This document shows positions 11,936 through 23,682 of a DNA stretch of 64,000 bases, in pieces; position 1 is the stretch's first letter; each line of letters starts with the position of its first letter. This DNA comes from Octopus sinensis (lineage: Eukaryota). The stretch is from contig NC_043018.1 of NCBI RefSeq assembly GCF_006345805.1, positions 9,548,001-9,612,000 on the forward strand, read 5' to 3'. The notes below the pieces were generated by a model. It was not told the DNA's origin and did no database searches. It saw only the letters and a program-made list of their open reading frames with translations. The translations under genes were made by a program, and so were the position numbers.

Positions 11936-12303
11936 GCGTTTGTTTTGATGCTAAGATTGGAATAAATCGACCTGGTTTGTGAAAAGTTTTGGGCCTGGGT
12001 TTGCATCTCCTGAGCAAATTCAGTTCCCGCACTTGCACCAGTAATATGCCGAGTTCTGAAACAAACAAACAAGTATATAAACACAGCGCGCGCGCGCACA
12101 GAGGCAATCTATCGGACGAACTTTCCTGGATATGGTCAGGAGAGTGGTTCTCAAACAATTTTTTACCTATGGACTCTTTTGATTCCTGTTTTACTTAAGT
12201 GGACCCTCATAACCATCGAACTATCCATCCATACTGCGCCTATTTGTGTGTGTGTGTATATGTATGTATGTAGTGTATATATGTTTATAGATATATGTAA
12301 ATA

Positions 12304-12341
<38 letters not shown>

Positions 12342-12351
12342 CATACATAGG

Positions 12352-12469
12352 GCTTACGGCCATATCACGTTGAAAGCACCGGTTCTCGTCCGATCACCGA
12401 AGTTAAGCAACGTCGAGTCTGGTTAGTACTTAGATGGGTGAATGCTTGGGAAACCTAGGTGCTGTAAAC
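12352..12469 (+). pseudogene. Full-length 5S rRNA-derived copy (118 nt), probably non-functional as rRNA
   Basis: GCTTACGGCCATATCACGTTGAAAGCACCGGTTCTCGTCCGATCACCGAAGTTAAGCAACGTCG...; box C altered (TACTTAGATGGGTGAAT); isolated copy with no T4+ terminator. Confidence 0.9.
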
Positions 12470-12484
12470 GTCACACATTTAAAC

Positions 12485-12534
12485 GGCGGTGCATCAGCAT
12501 AGCCGCATCTCTGAGCTGAAACTACAGAAAAAAA
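12485..12534 (+). mobile_element. CR1-type 3' tail joined to the 5S copy
   Basis: ggcggtgcatcagcatagccgcatctctgagctgaaactacagaaaaaaa aligns with the CR1 end at about 14138-14175 and with the family A tail. Confidence 0.75.
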
Positions 12535-12989
12535 TATATATGTGTGTGTATGTGTATATGTGTATACATGTGTGTGTCTGTATGTATGAACAATTGCTAG
12601 TGTGTTGGGTGTCGTGTGTCTCTATATATGGTGGGATGTATTATGTAATTCACTGCGGTGCAGATGTGCTGTTGTGTAGTCGCTGTCTTACAACGAGGCG
12701 CGGTGTGGCTGCATGCAATGCGTCACACTGTATGGTGCGGTAGGATGCGATCGAAGGCATCTGACCACGACACGGGTGGGGTGATGCGTGGGTGATAGTG
12801 TAGGAGGTGTGACATTGTATAAGGCATAGTGTTGTATGAAATAGCAATAGATGTTTGTGTGTGTGTGTATGTGTGGAATGCTTTTATTTGGTCTCTCAAT
12901 GAACAGACTCATGAACAAAGACTCCCCAACCGTGACCAGTTCATTAATATTTCAGACGGTCGACCTAGGGCCCCTTCATTCAATAATAA

Positions 12990-13207
12990 TAATGGTTTCA
13001 AATTTGCCACAAGGGAAGCGATTTTGGGGAAGAGGATGAGTCGATTATATCGATCGCAGTGCTCAACTGGTACTTATTTTATCGATCCCGAAAGAGATGA
13101 AAGGCAGAGTCGACCTCGGCTGAATTTGAACTCAGAACGTAAAGACAGACGAAATACCGCTAAGCATTTTATCCGGTGTGCTTACGATTCTGCCAGTTCG
13201 CCGCCTT
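12990..13207 (-). mobile_element. SINE family B, short form
   Basis: Reverse complement of the B consensus; further copies at about 13605-13800(-) and 15540-15772(+). Confidence 0.85.
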
Positions 13208-13213
13208 AATAAT

Positions 13214-13566
13214 AACAAGAACACTCAAAGAACGCAAGGCAACGCCAACGTCCTCTCAACGAATAGCCAGAGATGATTTCTAAAAGGAGAATATCTGAAA
13301 TAAAGTCGATTGCTCTCACAAACGAGAATACTAAAAATGAACCCGACCGCTCTCAAAAATTAAGTTAAAAAAAACGGAAAAATAATCCAGAATCTTTGTC
13401 TGGTACCGGATCGATCCCAAAACTTAATCAGTTCGTGCCAATCACAAGGCCAAACATTCCTGAAAGTTTCATCCGAATCCATCCAGCAGTTCTTGAGATA
13501 TCTTGTCCACGAACAAATAAACACGACTGAAAACAATACCTCCGTCTTCGCTAAGGCGGAGGTAAT
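13214..13566 (-). mobile_element. Non-autonomous Helentron-type element (HINE-like)
   Basis: Terminal hairpin cctccgtcttcgctaaggcggagg; other end aacaagaacactcaaagaacgc; siblings at 52881-53175 and 53861-54046. Confidence 0.65.
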
Positions 13567-13573
13567 AATAATA

Positions 13574-13607
<34 letters not shown>

Positions 13608-13816
13608 CCTTTCTACAATAGGCACAAGGCCTGAAATTTTGGTGGAGGGGATAGTCGATTACATCGACCTTAGTACTCGGCTGGTACTTATTTTATCAAC
13701 CCTAAAATGAAAGTAAAAAATCGACCTACGCAAAATTTGAACTCAGAATATAAAAACGGACGAAATACCGCTAAGCATTTTGCCTGGCGGGCTAACGATT
13801 CTTCACCTCCCGCATT

Positions 13817-14195
13817 GCATCTACACAAATACTAGAACTGGGCGCCACTGCATAGTGCCAAGGACTCCAAATTTGCCATCAAGATGTAGGACAAGATACT
13901 GTGATAGCCTGGGCTTCAGAGGCCCACAGCTCTTCAATATCCCCCCGAAGAACCTGAGAGACCTGCATGGGGTGGATGCAGATGTCTTTAAAATAAAACT
14001 GGATCTCTTCTTGTCAGGTATCCCAGATGAACCAACTCCACGGCAGGAGGTGCAGATGAGGGCAGCTGCATCGAACTCTCTCATGCACCAAATGGCAATT
14101 GCTAAAAAGCATTCGTGAAGTAAAATCATGTAGTAAAAGCATGGCCACAGCTCGTGAGCTGAAACTAGATAAAATAAAATAAAAATAAAATAAAC
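13817..14195 (+). mobile_element. CR1-clade LINE 3' fragment
   Basis: TGRHCIVP...RYCDSLGFRGPQLFNIPPKNLRDLHGVDADVFKIKLDLFLSGIPDEP...SNSL is a CR1-like ORF2 C-terminus; tail gcatggccacagctcgtgagctgaaactaga(taaaa)n. Confidence 0.8.
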
Positions 14196-14896
14196 AATTG
14201 TTTTAAATTTCGGCAAAAAAAAAAGCCAGCAAATTAGGGGGCAAGTCGATTACATCGACCTCAGTACTCGACTTGTTGAAGAGATCGTGTTGTGGCCTTA
14301 TGTGCGCATGAGAGGACTTACTGACAGCACTTACAGCTGTGTTGGAGCGAAAGAAGAAAAAGCGACATCGTTTTCTAAATAAAGCATCACAATCTAGGAA
14401 GTAGAAGAAGAATGATGGTATTTTCGGTTGATAACTGAGGATATATTTCGAGTGTTGTTAGGTGTAAGGGTTGAGAGCTGTAAAAAGATCCAATTAGGTC
14501 ATATGATTCAAGGTTTTCTTATCTTGAGAGAAATCCTTTTGAAAGTAAGCAGCTGAGTTAACATTTTCGGATCACTTGACAAGGCTGGTGGCAGAGAAAT
14601 GAAACTTCTTGAAAAATAACGGTTTTAGGTTTGAAGCTAAGTGTCATCTGCTGACTGATTGAATTTAGGTTTCGTGTGACTTGTGTGTGGAGCCATGATT
14701 GAAACTGGGTGTTAAACGGAGGACTAGAGCAGGATGCTATGACTGAATGTTGGTATTATATGATTAGTTAGTATAAGGAGCTATGACTGAGCATAGGTTA
14801 GCTTATGACTAGTGTAGGGTGCTATGATTGCATCTGGGTATCATACGATTAGTAAAGGAGACTGTGATTGAATTTAACTAGTATAAGGTTTATCTT

Positions 14897-15149
14897 GTAT
14901 CTTTTAGCTTTTACTTGTTTCAGTCGGGCTGCGGCCAGGCTGGGGCACCACATCATTATCATTTAACATCCGGCCTTCCATGCTGGCATACCTCGAAAAA
15001 TTTTAGTTGAACAAATCGACCCCAGTACTTTTTTGTATGCCTGGTGCTTATTCTATCGGTCTTAATAATAATAATAATAATAATAATATAATAATAGGTC
15101 GCTAAGTTACAGGGATGTAAAGACACCGACACCAGTTGTCAAGCGGTGA

Positions 15150-15197
<48 letters not shown>

Positions 15198-15365
15198 ACA
15201 CACACACACACATTTATACTTTAAGCTTCTTTCGGTTTCCGCCTACCAAATCCACTTACAAGGCTTAGGTTGGCTCGAAGCCACAGTAGAGGACACATGC
15301 CTGCCGAAGAAGCCACGCAGTGTGACTGAACTCCGAACCATGTGGCTGGGAAGCAAAGCCACGCC
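14897..15365 (-). mobile_element. Family A SINE with internal (CA)n
   Basis: Reverse complement of family A; a small family F fragment is inserted near 14950-14990. Confidence 0.75.
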
Positions 15366-16194
15366 TATGTAGAGAGATCTGATTGTATCTATATATCATA
15401 TGACTCGTATAGTCAGCTATGATTCAAATGAATAAAATAGTCATGTTTAGTGTTGGCAACTGTGATTGAACCTTGCTTGCTTATGACTAGTGTCAGCAGC
15501 TTTGATTAAATTCAGTAAAATATTTTATGACAAATGTAGGGAGCTCAGATTGGCAGAAACGTTAGCACGCCGGGCGAAATGCGTAGCCGTATTTCGTCTG
15601 CCGTTACGTTCTGAGTTCAAATTCCGCCGTAGTCGACTTTGCTTTTCATCCTTTCGGGGTCGATTAAATAAGTACCAGTTACACACTGAGGTCGATGTAA
15701 TCGACTAAAACCCTTTGTCCTTATTTGTCCTCCCTATGTTTACCCCCCTGTGGGCAATAAAAGAAATAAATTATATAGTGAATCTTTGGGCTTATAAACC
15801 TAATATTTTATTTTTTCTTAATACCTTTCCCCATAGTCTACTCGTATCTGCACTAGGTCTGCTTAAGGGGTTTTGGGTCCTAGCATATGTGCTGCCTTTT
15901 TTAATCTTCGTATTGCCCAGAAAATGAAATATTAGGGATTACAGAGATGTACTTGCATAGCATGTCACCTGATCTGAGATCGTGTGCGGTAACGAAAACA
16001 ATTGCAGCGTGGAAGGTGTTTAAAAGCCATTTAAAAACAGACAAAAACTGTTAGACTCACTTCAACATTTAAATTTAATTTGCCAAAATATTTTCGTCGC
16101 TTTGAGACTGCGATTTGTTCACTGACAAAATTCCGTGCTGCATCTCTTTAGGTTTATAAGTCCAAAAATTCACTCAATAATTGTCTACGTAGTG

Positions 16195-16445
16195 GATAAG
16201 AGCGCGCGCTACTAACCCTCGGATTCTGAGTTTAATCCCCAGGCAGGGACATGAGAAATAATATCAACAAAAAAAAAAAAAAAAAAAAACTTTAGGCATG
16301 AGAACAGCTTCGAAATTCCATCAGAACACTTGATGAAGGCTGGAGAGTACATCGGCCGAAACTTGGTAACAACAAACAAGATGAGGACACTTCTCTGTCC
16401 ACTGTAAATAATGTACATAATTCCTGATCCTCAGAATACAGAATA
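16195..16445 (+). mobile_element. PLE-derived repeat with a decayed HHR motif
   Basis: acac-TTGATGA-AGGC...GCC-GAAA at 16326-16361. Confidence 0.5.
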
Positions 16446-16618
16446 TTATCCACGTTTAAGTAGAGATAGATATTACCACTCGGTATTTAATGCTTTCTCT
16501 GTTGCTAATATATATCTTTGAACTGAGTACAGTATTTGTGACTAGAAAACTGTGGCTGAATAGAGGTAACTTATGACTCGTGTGGGCAGCTATGATTGAA
16601 TTAGGAAGGCATTATATA

Positions 16619-16778
16619 CATTTCTTTACTACCCACAAGGGGCTAAACACAGAGGGGACAAACAAGGAAAGACAAAGGGATTAAGTCGATTATATCGACC
16701 CCAGTGCGTAACTGGTACTTAATTTATCGACCCCGAAAGTATGAGAGGCAAAGTCGACTTCGACGGAATTTGAACTCG
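16619..16778 (-). mobile_element. SINE family B, 5'-truncated, with 15-bp TSD
   Basis: TSD ggaaggcattatata at 16604-16618 and 16779-16793. Confidence 0.9.
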
Positions 16779-17069
16779 GGAAGGCATTATATAACGTGTA
16801 GAGAGATCTGATTGAACTACGTAAGGTATTTTATGACCAACTTAGAGGGATTCTTGGCCATCTGAATACGTGGTATGAATTTAGTTCTTGACTTACGCTG
16901 CTAATGTTTTTGTGGTGGGGGGGGGGGTGAGCGTCACAACCTCGTGCCTAAAGGTCCCTTGGTGGATCGTTCCTTAACACAAACAAACAAAAGGCTTCGG
17001 TCAGTTGATTTTAGTTATTGAAACCGGTGCGAGACAAACTAGACTTCGACTTGTCGCGTATCAGATATT

Positions 17070-17455
17070 GCTGTTTAACCTCGGGCTGGTCTTGACTGAG
17101 CAGACCTGTCATTAAAGCTTCTCCCACCATGACCATTCCGTCTAATTCTTTGACACTGTATACCTAGGACTACATTATTTATTGTGTAATTTATTTTATT
17201 TTTTTTTAAAAGACAGTAGTGATTCGAGGGAGATTTGGCTGCGACTGTTTAGGTCGAGCGACTATTTAGAGCCACGTCTGTCTTCGTTATTGTTGTTTAG
17301 TTCTAAGTCAACCGAGATCCAGTTAAGGCCATCTCGTCGGACATAGTGTATTTAGGAATACGTTGTCAAACAGGTCTCCGCTTTTTAAGACGGTGGGGTG
17401 TGATTTGACAGAGATTTTGGGTGCTATTTTTAGCATATCGAGAGACCACCCAGAG
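17070..17455 (+). mobile_element. Interspersed repeat family G, two tandem fragments
   Basis: agcagacct...accatgaccattccgtc...aaagacggtggggtgtgatttga.gagattt.g.gctatttt; also seen at about 5750-5810, 6020-6180 and 18050-18230(-). Confidence 0.6.
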
Positions 17456-17599
17456 CTTTCCCCCCGTTATCAATCCATTTAATGTCTCACATTCGGTGGG
17501 AGTGGTGGTGGGGTAGCGGCGAAGCTTTTAGGGTACGAGTGAGGAGGGGGGGCCCACATAACTGGAATATTTATTTGCACCAGTAACATTTGCACACCC

Positions 17600-17930
17600 A
17601 CCCTTTCTCTACGGTGGTGGTGGTGGTGTTAATGTTGTAGGTGTTTCTAGAAGCGGTGGTGGTGGTGGTGACAATGTGCTAATGGTGGTAGTGGTCTTGA
17701 TGGTGGTTGTGATGTGGTGGTGGCGACGGCGGTGGTAGTGGTGTTGGTGGTGGTGATGATAATGGTGATGTTGAAGCTATACCTGGTGGTGGTGGTGGTG
17801 ATAGTAGTGTGGTGGTATTGGTGTTGTTGGTGGTGGTGTTTCTAGAATTGATGATGGTAGTGGCAGTGGTGATGTGCTAATGTTGTTATTATTGTTGGTG
17901 GTGGTGGCAGCGATGTGCTGATGGTGTTGG
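17600..17930. repeat. (GGT)n-rich low-complexity tract
   Basis: Read directly. Confidence 0.9.
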
Positions 17931-18475
17931 ATGCTGAGGTGACTAACAACCAAATACCAAGATGTTGGCATCTTATCAGAGACTAGTTAAGCTAAAATTG
18001 GTCACTTACCACCCACCGATGACTGCGTATGCAGGAATCGACTTAGCGATCACGTTTCAAGAATTCCAAGAGCTACCTGAAATAGCAGCTAAATCACCCT
18101 GAAATCCTACGTTTTTTTTTGTTTGTTTTGTTATTATAGTCTTGAATACGCGAGGTCTTCATATAAGATTGGATGGTCATGGTCAGAACACTTTTGATCA
18201 TAGGTTTGAAATAGGGTTGATCTGTGCTAAAATACAAGTTTTATATTTATGTAGAAAATAAACAAAAACAAAAAACCCAGCGATCTTTAACACTTTTACA
18301 TCATAGTTCTAAGTGTGGTTGTGTGGTCCCACTGCGTGGCACCTTGGGCAAATGTCTTCTACTATAATAGCCTTGTGAGTGGATTTGGGAGACAAAAACT
18401 GAAAGAAGTCCGTCGTATATAATAATAATAATAATAATAATATTAATTCTAGGATGGAAATTATAAATATTTAAT

Positions 18476-18612
18476 ACATCGCTACGCGCGTTTCCACAAA
18501 TCACATGATTTTAACATCGGAGTCCGTATCCTTGGGATGAGTACAGTATAGTCCGTATTACCCGTGGCCATCCGGTTGATCATAATCATTGATTCATTTC
18601 ATCAGGCGATAC
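18476..18612 (-). ncRNA. Type I hammerhead ribozyme motif with 104-nt stem II
   Basis: Reverse-complement copy of 19782-19918 with an intact core. Confidence 0.7.
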
Positions 18613-19000
18613 TGCATTAGTAGATGAATCACGGAGGGATGTTTGTCCCTTTTTGCCAGTATGAAGACCAATCTAGCTGTGAGAGTATTTCTGTATGTAC
18701 TTGGTAGGGGGAAGTAGCTGATAGGAGTAGAGGAAGAAAGGGCGGGGATTGAGGTATGTGTGGTGGTGATTTAAGGATGGTAGTACATTTCTTTGTTTAC
18801 CCAGAGGGCATTATCAATAGAGGTAATAATTACGCGAATAGCCGCAGAATGCAAGATCTTAGGAAAATAGTGAATATAATAGGGACCAAAAGAGAAAGAA
18901 AAACCATGACAATAGAGATAGATATAAAACAGAACCCATAAAACTACAGCCAAAGTTAGAAAGAGTCGCATGAGGTGAAGGCAAATACGCAGAAAGGTGT

Positions 19001-19283
19001 ACCGTAGACACCATAAAAAATCATCTGAGAAACCATCTCTCATCGTTTTCCAATATAAATAAAAGACGCTCCACATCTCTGTCGAACCTTGTCTGGAGGC
19101 TAAAACGGAATGAAGTGGAATATACAACCCACTGGTCCATTATAAAATATGCTGCACCATAACGGAACTTCACCAATATGCAATATATTCTTTGAAGGAA
19201 CCCTGAAAATAATCACATCCAGGGAAAACGTGATAAATAGGGACTCTGAGCCGGTCAGATGTAAACACAGCAACAAAATATAA
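19001..19283 (+). pseudogene. PLE GIY-YIG endonuclease C-terminal fragment (one stop, one frameshift)
   Basis: TVDTIKNHLRNHLSSFSNINKRRSTSLSNLVWRLKRNEVEYTTHWSIIKYAAP* then CNIFFEGTLKIITSRENVINRDSEPVRCKHSNKI*. Confidence 0.8.
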
Positions 19284-19781
19284 TTCATGAAATTTGAAAA
19301 GATATTTCGAAAAAAGTAACAAATTATAGAACAGTGAAGGAACCCAAAGAAATAAACGAAAATTCCAATGTTTGGGATGATACAAACTCTAACATCAGAA
19401 ACAGTGAAAAGGTCCCATAAGAGGGGGTGGTATTAGTCAATTCGGTCAACAAACCCCACTGGGTAGCAGCTGACCACCCGTTGGGTTCAGAATTTATTGA
19501 GGAGTGTCACATCTTGAATGAAATAGAACAAAGATATGTACTTCCATCCTTAATTCTGCTGAATGAACGACCATCCTTAAAATCTGCAGAATGAACTGCA
19601 AATAAATCCACCACCACCACCACCACCACACACCTCCATCCTCATATCATTACTTTTCCTTATCTACTCTCATCGATTACCTCCCCCTATCAAGAACATA
19701 CAGAAATACCCTCTCAGCCAGATTGGCCTTCATACTGGCAAGAAGGGACAAACATCTCTCCGTGATTCATCTACTAATGCA

Positions 19782-19918
19782 GTATCGCCTGATGAAATGA
19801 ATCAATGATTATGATCAACCGGATGACCACGGATAATACGGGCTATACTGTACTCATCCCGAGGACACGAACTCTGATGTTAAAATCATGTGATTTGTGG
19901 AAACGCGCGTAGCGATGT
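19782..19918 (+). ncRNA. Type I hammerhead ribozyme motif with 104-nt stem II
   Basis: gtatcgc-CTGATGA(19789-95)...GAAA(19900-03)-CGCGCG-TA-gcgatgt. Confidence 0.7.
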
Positions 19919-20129
19919 ATTAGATATTTATAAATTCCGTCCTAAAACTGTTATTATTATATTTATCCCACATTATATCGATATAACCATGATGCAACCC
20001 CCAAAAGCTGACTCACTAATCAGTATCATTAGACGGTAGCCACCATAATGAAATGGGAGCTTTATTTGCACACCCTAACGTTACCTTAAACGAATTTAAA
20101 AGATTATATATTTCCTTCCGGTCATTCAA

Positions 20130-20335
20130 AATGTGACCGCATGTGTACCGTTGGCGATTTTTTTACTTCTGTCTTCCCTTCTCTGGGTCTTTCCTTCTCC
20201 TATGTTTCCGACGAAGAGCTCCGCTCGAAACGTTAAACCCTCCTTCTTTCCTGAGCGTCCAATAATACTATATTTGTCCCACGTCCTCGCGTTGTTGTGT
20301 TTTTTTGTGCTTTCTTGTTTGGATTAACTTTATAT
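20130..20335 (+). mobile_element. Short PLE-derived repeat (sibling of 39440-39645 and 48310-48520)
   Basis: gttt-CCGACGA-A-GAGC-TCC-GCTC-GAAA-CG-TT-aaac at 20204-20238; followed by (TA)n. Confidence 0.75.
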
Positions 20336-20565
20336 ATATATATATATATATATAGGTAATGAGAGGTAATGGTATTAGTAAGACCCCAAAGTGTTAGGTA
20401 ATGCTGAGTAAGTGCCTTGGACAGACTATAGTAAGGCTCCAGTTTCGGTGATTATGCGAATGAGTCCAACGTAGGTCATATATCAGCATGTGTATATATA
20501 AAAAAAAATTTCAGAATGAAATAAAAATCCAAGATTGTGAAAGATTTTAAAACATTTATAAATAG

Positions 20566-20614
20566 GTCTTACAGCTATTTCCGGGATATTTTATATAAAC
20601 CCTTCATCGGAGAC
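20566..20614 (-). ncRNA. HHR-like motif in a further PLE remnant
   Basis: On - strand: GTCT-CCGATGA-A-GGG(14 nt)CCC-G-GAAA-TAGCTG-TA-AGAC. Confidence 0.5.
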
Positions 20615-21060
20615 GGTGTGAGAAAATGGTTAAGCAATAGTTATTTTAGATCAAATATGAAACAGAGAGTGAAGCGGAGAGTCACTTTAAATAAAACCCT
20701 CGATTCAATAACACTATGTACAAGTTCTATACTTGGAATGACCAATTTTAAATACTATTGGAACTTATAAGGTATTGCAATCTTATATGTATGCCATTCT
20801 GTCTAAATAATGGATCTACAGATGCAATATCCCTGCATATCCCATGTCTATTTTCTGGCATATTGGCAGAATCGTTACAGCGTAAAAAGGAAATGCTTTG
20901 CGGTATTTGATCCGGCTCTTTATATCCAGAGTTCAAATACCCTTTCTTGCTTTTCTTTTTTTATATCTCTCCGTGATCGATAAAGTAAAGTTTCTGTGAA
21001 ATACTGGAGTCAATGAGATCAAGTAGTCCCCTTTTCTCGGTATCTCTAGCTTCGAATGTT

Positions 21061-21121
<61 letters not shown>

Positions 21122-21504
21122 TATATACATACATACATACATACATACGTGTGTGCGTGTATATATATAGATGTGTATATATGTGTATATAGATATATGT
21201 ATATATATATATGTCGTATATATATGTATGTGTCTGTGTTTGTACCCTCCCCTTCGTTTGACAACCGGTGTTGGTGCGTTTACGTCCCCGTAACTTAGCG
21301 GTTCGGCAAAAGAGACTGACAGAATAAGTACCTCGGTTTGCAAAGAATAAGTCCTGGGCTCGATTTGCTCGCCTAAAGGCGGTGCTCCAGCTTGGCCGCA
21401 GTCAAATGATCGAAACAAATAAAAGAATATGTTAGTGTGAGTGTGTGTGTGTTAAAGGGATAACTTATCCTGGTGGATGCCGTATCGTATTAGAAAAAGC
21501 TATA

Positions 21505-22372
21505 GGTGCCCGATATCCTAGAACAGTCCGAGTACATAGTACTCAAGCTTAAGAGAGATATTCATACTTGTAAGCTTCCCTTGTTCCGCGTTCCTATTCA
21601 GAATTGCAAATGGATCTTTTCGGTTTGAACGGCAGTTTTTTCTAGCGGTGTCATATGAAATTGTCACCCATAATTATGACCCTAGTATCGATCTATTGCA
21701 TTTCAATCTGTTTTAGGGTTAGGGTTAGTTAGAGGTGGGGAGAAGGGTATCTTTTTTCTTTACAAATGTAAATAAACCCAATCTGTTTCTTAAACGAGGG
21801 ACATTTTCATACGGCACAGAATGGTTTTCACCTCAATAGACGTCAATGATTAGTTGAAATTGCAGAAATTGAAGAAATAAACAACACCAAATATCTTACA
21901 AACTATAGAATTTTCTCAATAAAGCCAAGAGAAAAAGATGTTTTATAAACACATTCTACCAGTATACGAAGTTTAAAAGTGTTTAGTTACGTGGAAATTA
22001 TTTTAAAAAACTGCCGTTCAAACCGAAAAGATCCCTGCAAGTATTCCGTAGAGTATGTTAATGATAACCAAAATGTGAGTGGATATTTTTTCACATCAAA
22101 AACTTGTTTAATCAAAAACATTTTCTATATCATATATAACAACGGGCAACATATGTTTCTACTGCAGCAACTGCACATTGCTCTGTATGCAATTATGCAT
22201 CCTAGTGGCGGCAGTTTCATCCAGGCTCCCCTGGGCTATCAAATTATATACTCTTCGGAATATTTGCAGTTCTAAATAGGAACTCAGAACTATCCAAGTG
22301 AAGATTATAAGTATCAGTATCTCTTTTAAGCTTGAGTATTATGTAATTGGACAGTTGTGGATAGCCGGCATC
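21505..22372. mobile_element. Old fold-back element with long imperfect TIRs, interrupted by a MITE
   Basis: 21538-21611 plus about 22043-22075 is the reverse complement of about 22225-22340 (actcaagcttaagagagatatt / gtatctcttttaagcttgagt); weaker match further out. Confidence 0.65.
21612..22034 (+). mobile_element. GGATC-ended MITE with internal TTAGGG-like repeats
   Basis: TIR GGATCTTTTCGGTTTGAACGGCAGTTTTT; imperfect 8-bp TSD ttgcaaat/ctgcaagt. Confidence 0.9.
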
Positions 22373-22378
22373 TGTCTG

Positions 22379-22480
<102 letters not shown>

Positions 22481-22551
22481 AATCTATCCGTCTGTCTGTC
22501 TCTCTATCAATCTATCTGTCTGTCCATTCGTCTGTCTGTCTGTCTCTCTAT

Positions 22552-23040
<489 letters not shown>

Positions 23041-23052
23041 ATATATAAAATA

Positions 23053-23102
<50 letters not shown>

Positions 23103-23262
23103 ACGTTATTGATACTGACGATTATTACATTAGGTTAGTTTAAAACTTTCGGTTCGAAATTGACATAGAAAAATGGAGAAAATTCTCTCTTTATATAATT
23201 TCATAGTTCGAGTCGTTTCGGACTAAATAAACTGGGCTAATTAACGTTTAATCAACCCAGTC

Positions 23263-23682
23263 TTACTCTTTTGCTCTTTTACTTGTTTCAGTCATTTGAC
23301 TGCGGCCATGCTGCAGCACCGCCTTTAGTCGAGCAAATCGACCCCGGGACTTATTCTTTTGTAAACCCAGTACTTATTCTATCGGTCTCTTTTGCCGAAC
23401 CGCTAAGTGACGGGGACGTAAACACACCAGCATCGGTTGTCAAGCAATGCTAGGGGGACAAACACAGACACACAAACATATACACACACACTTATATATG
23501 TGTATATATATACACATATACGACAGGCGTCTTTCAGTTTCCATCTACCAAATCCACTCATAAGGCATTGGTCGGCCCGGGGCTATAGCAGAAGACACTT
23601 GCCCAAGGTGCCACGCAGTGGGACTGAACCCGGAACCATGTGGTTGGTTAGCAAGCTACTTACCACACAGCCACTCCTGTCC
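23263..23682 (-). mobile_element. Family A SINE, full length and well conserved
   Basis: Reverse complement of family A, tail-to-tail with 22552-23040. Confidence 0.9.

Larger units (their letters stand above)
14690..16870. repeat. Remnants of a diverged minisatellite (unit about 40 bp) broken up by SINE insertions
   Basis: tatgactagtgtagggagctatgattgaa-like units at about 14690-14885, 15370-15545, 16540-16618 and 16790-16870. Confidence 0.6.
18450..19944 (+). mobile_element. Penelope-like retroelement with C-terminal GIY-YIG (Hydra-clade-like) and inverted pseudo-LTRs
   Basis: Arms at about 18450-18798 and 19527-19944 are reverse complements; an endonuclease fragment lies between them; flanked by (AAT)/(TTA) runs. 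Confidence 0.8.

Noticed and set aside
12352-12469. Functional 5S rRNA gene or rDNA array
   Set aside because: Single copy, substitutions in box C and the 3' half, and no oligo-T terminator.
18971-18973. In-frame TGA in the PLE endonuclease as selenocysteine
   Set aside because: It is not at an evident Cys position, the copy has other disabling lesions, I found no convincing SECIS, and Sec-encoding PLEs are described from the N-terminal-EN Naiad clade, which this does not resemble.
18771-19127. Hydrophobic 118-aa ORF resembling a membrane protein
   Set aside because: It is antisense to the A-rich PLE endonuclease fragment, whose motifs are recognisable on the + strand.
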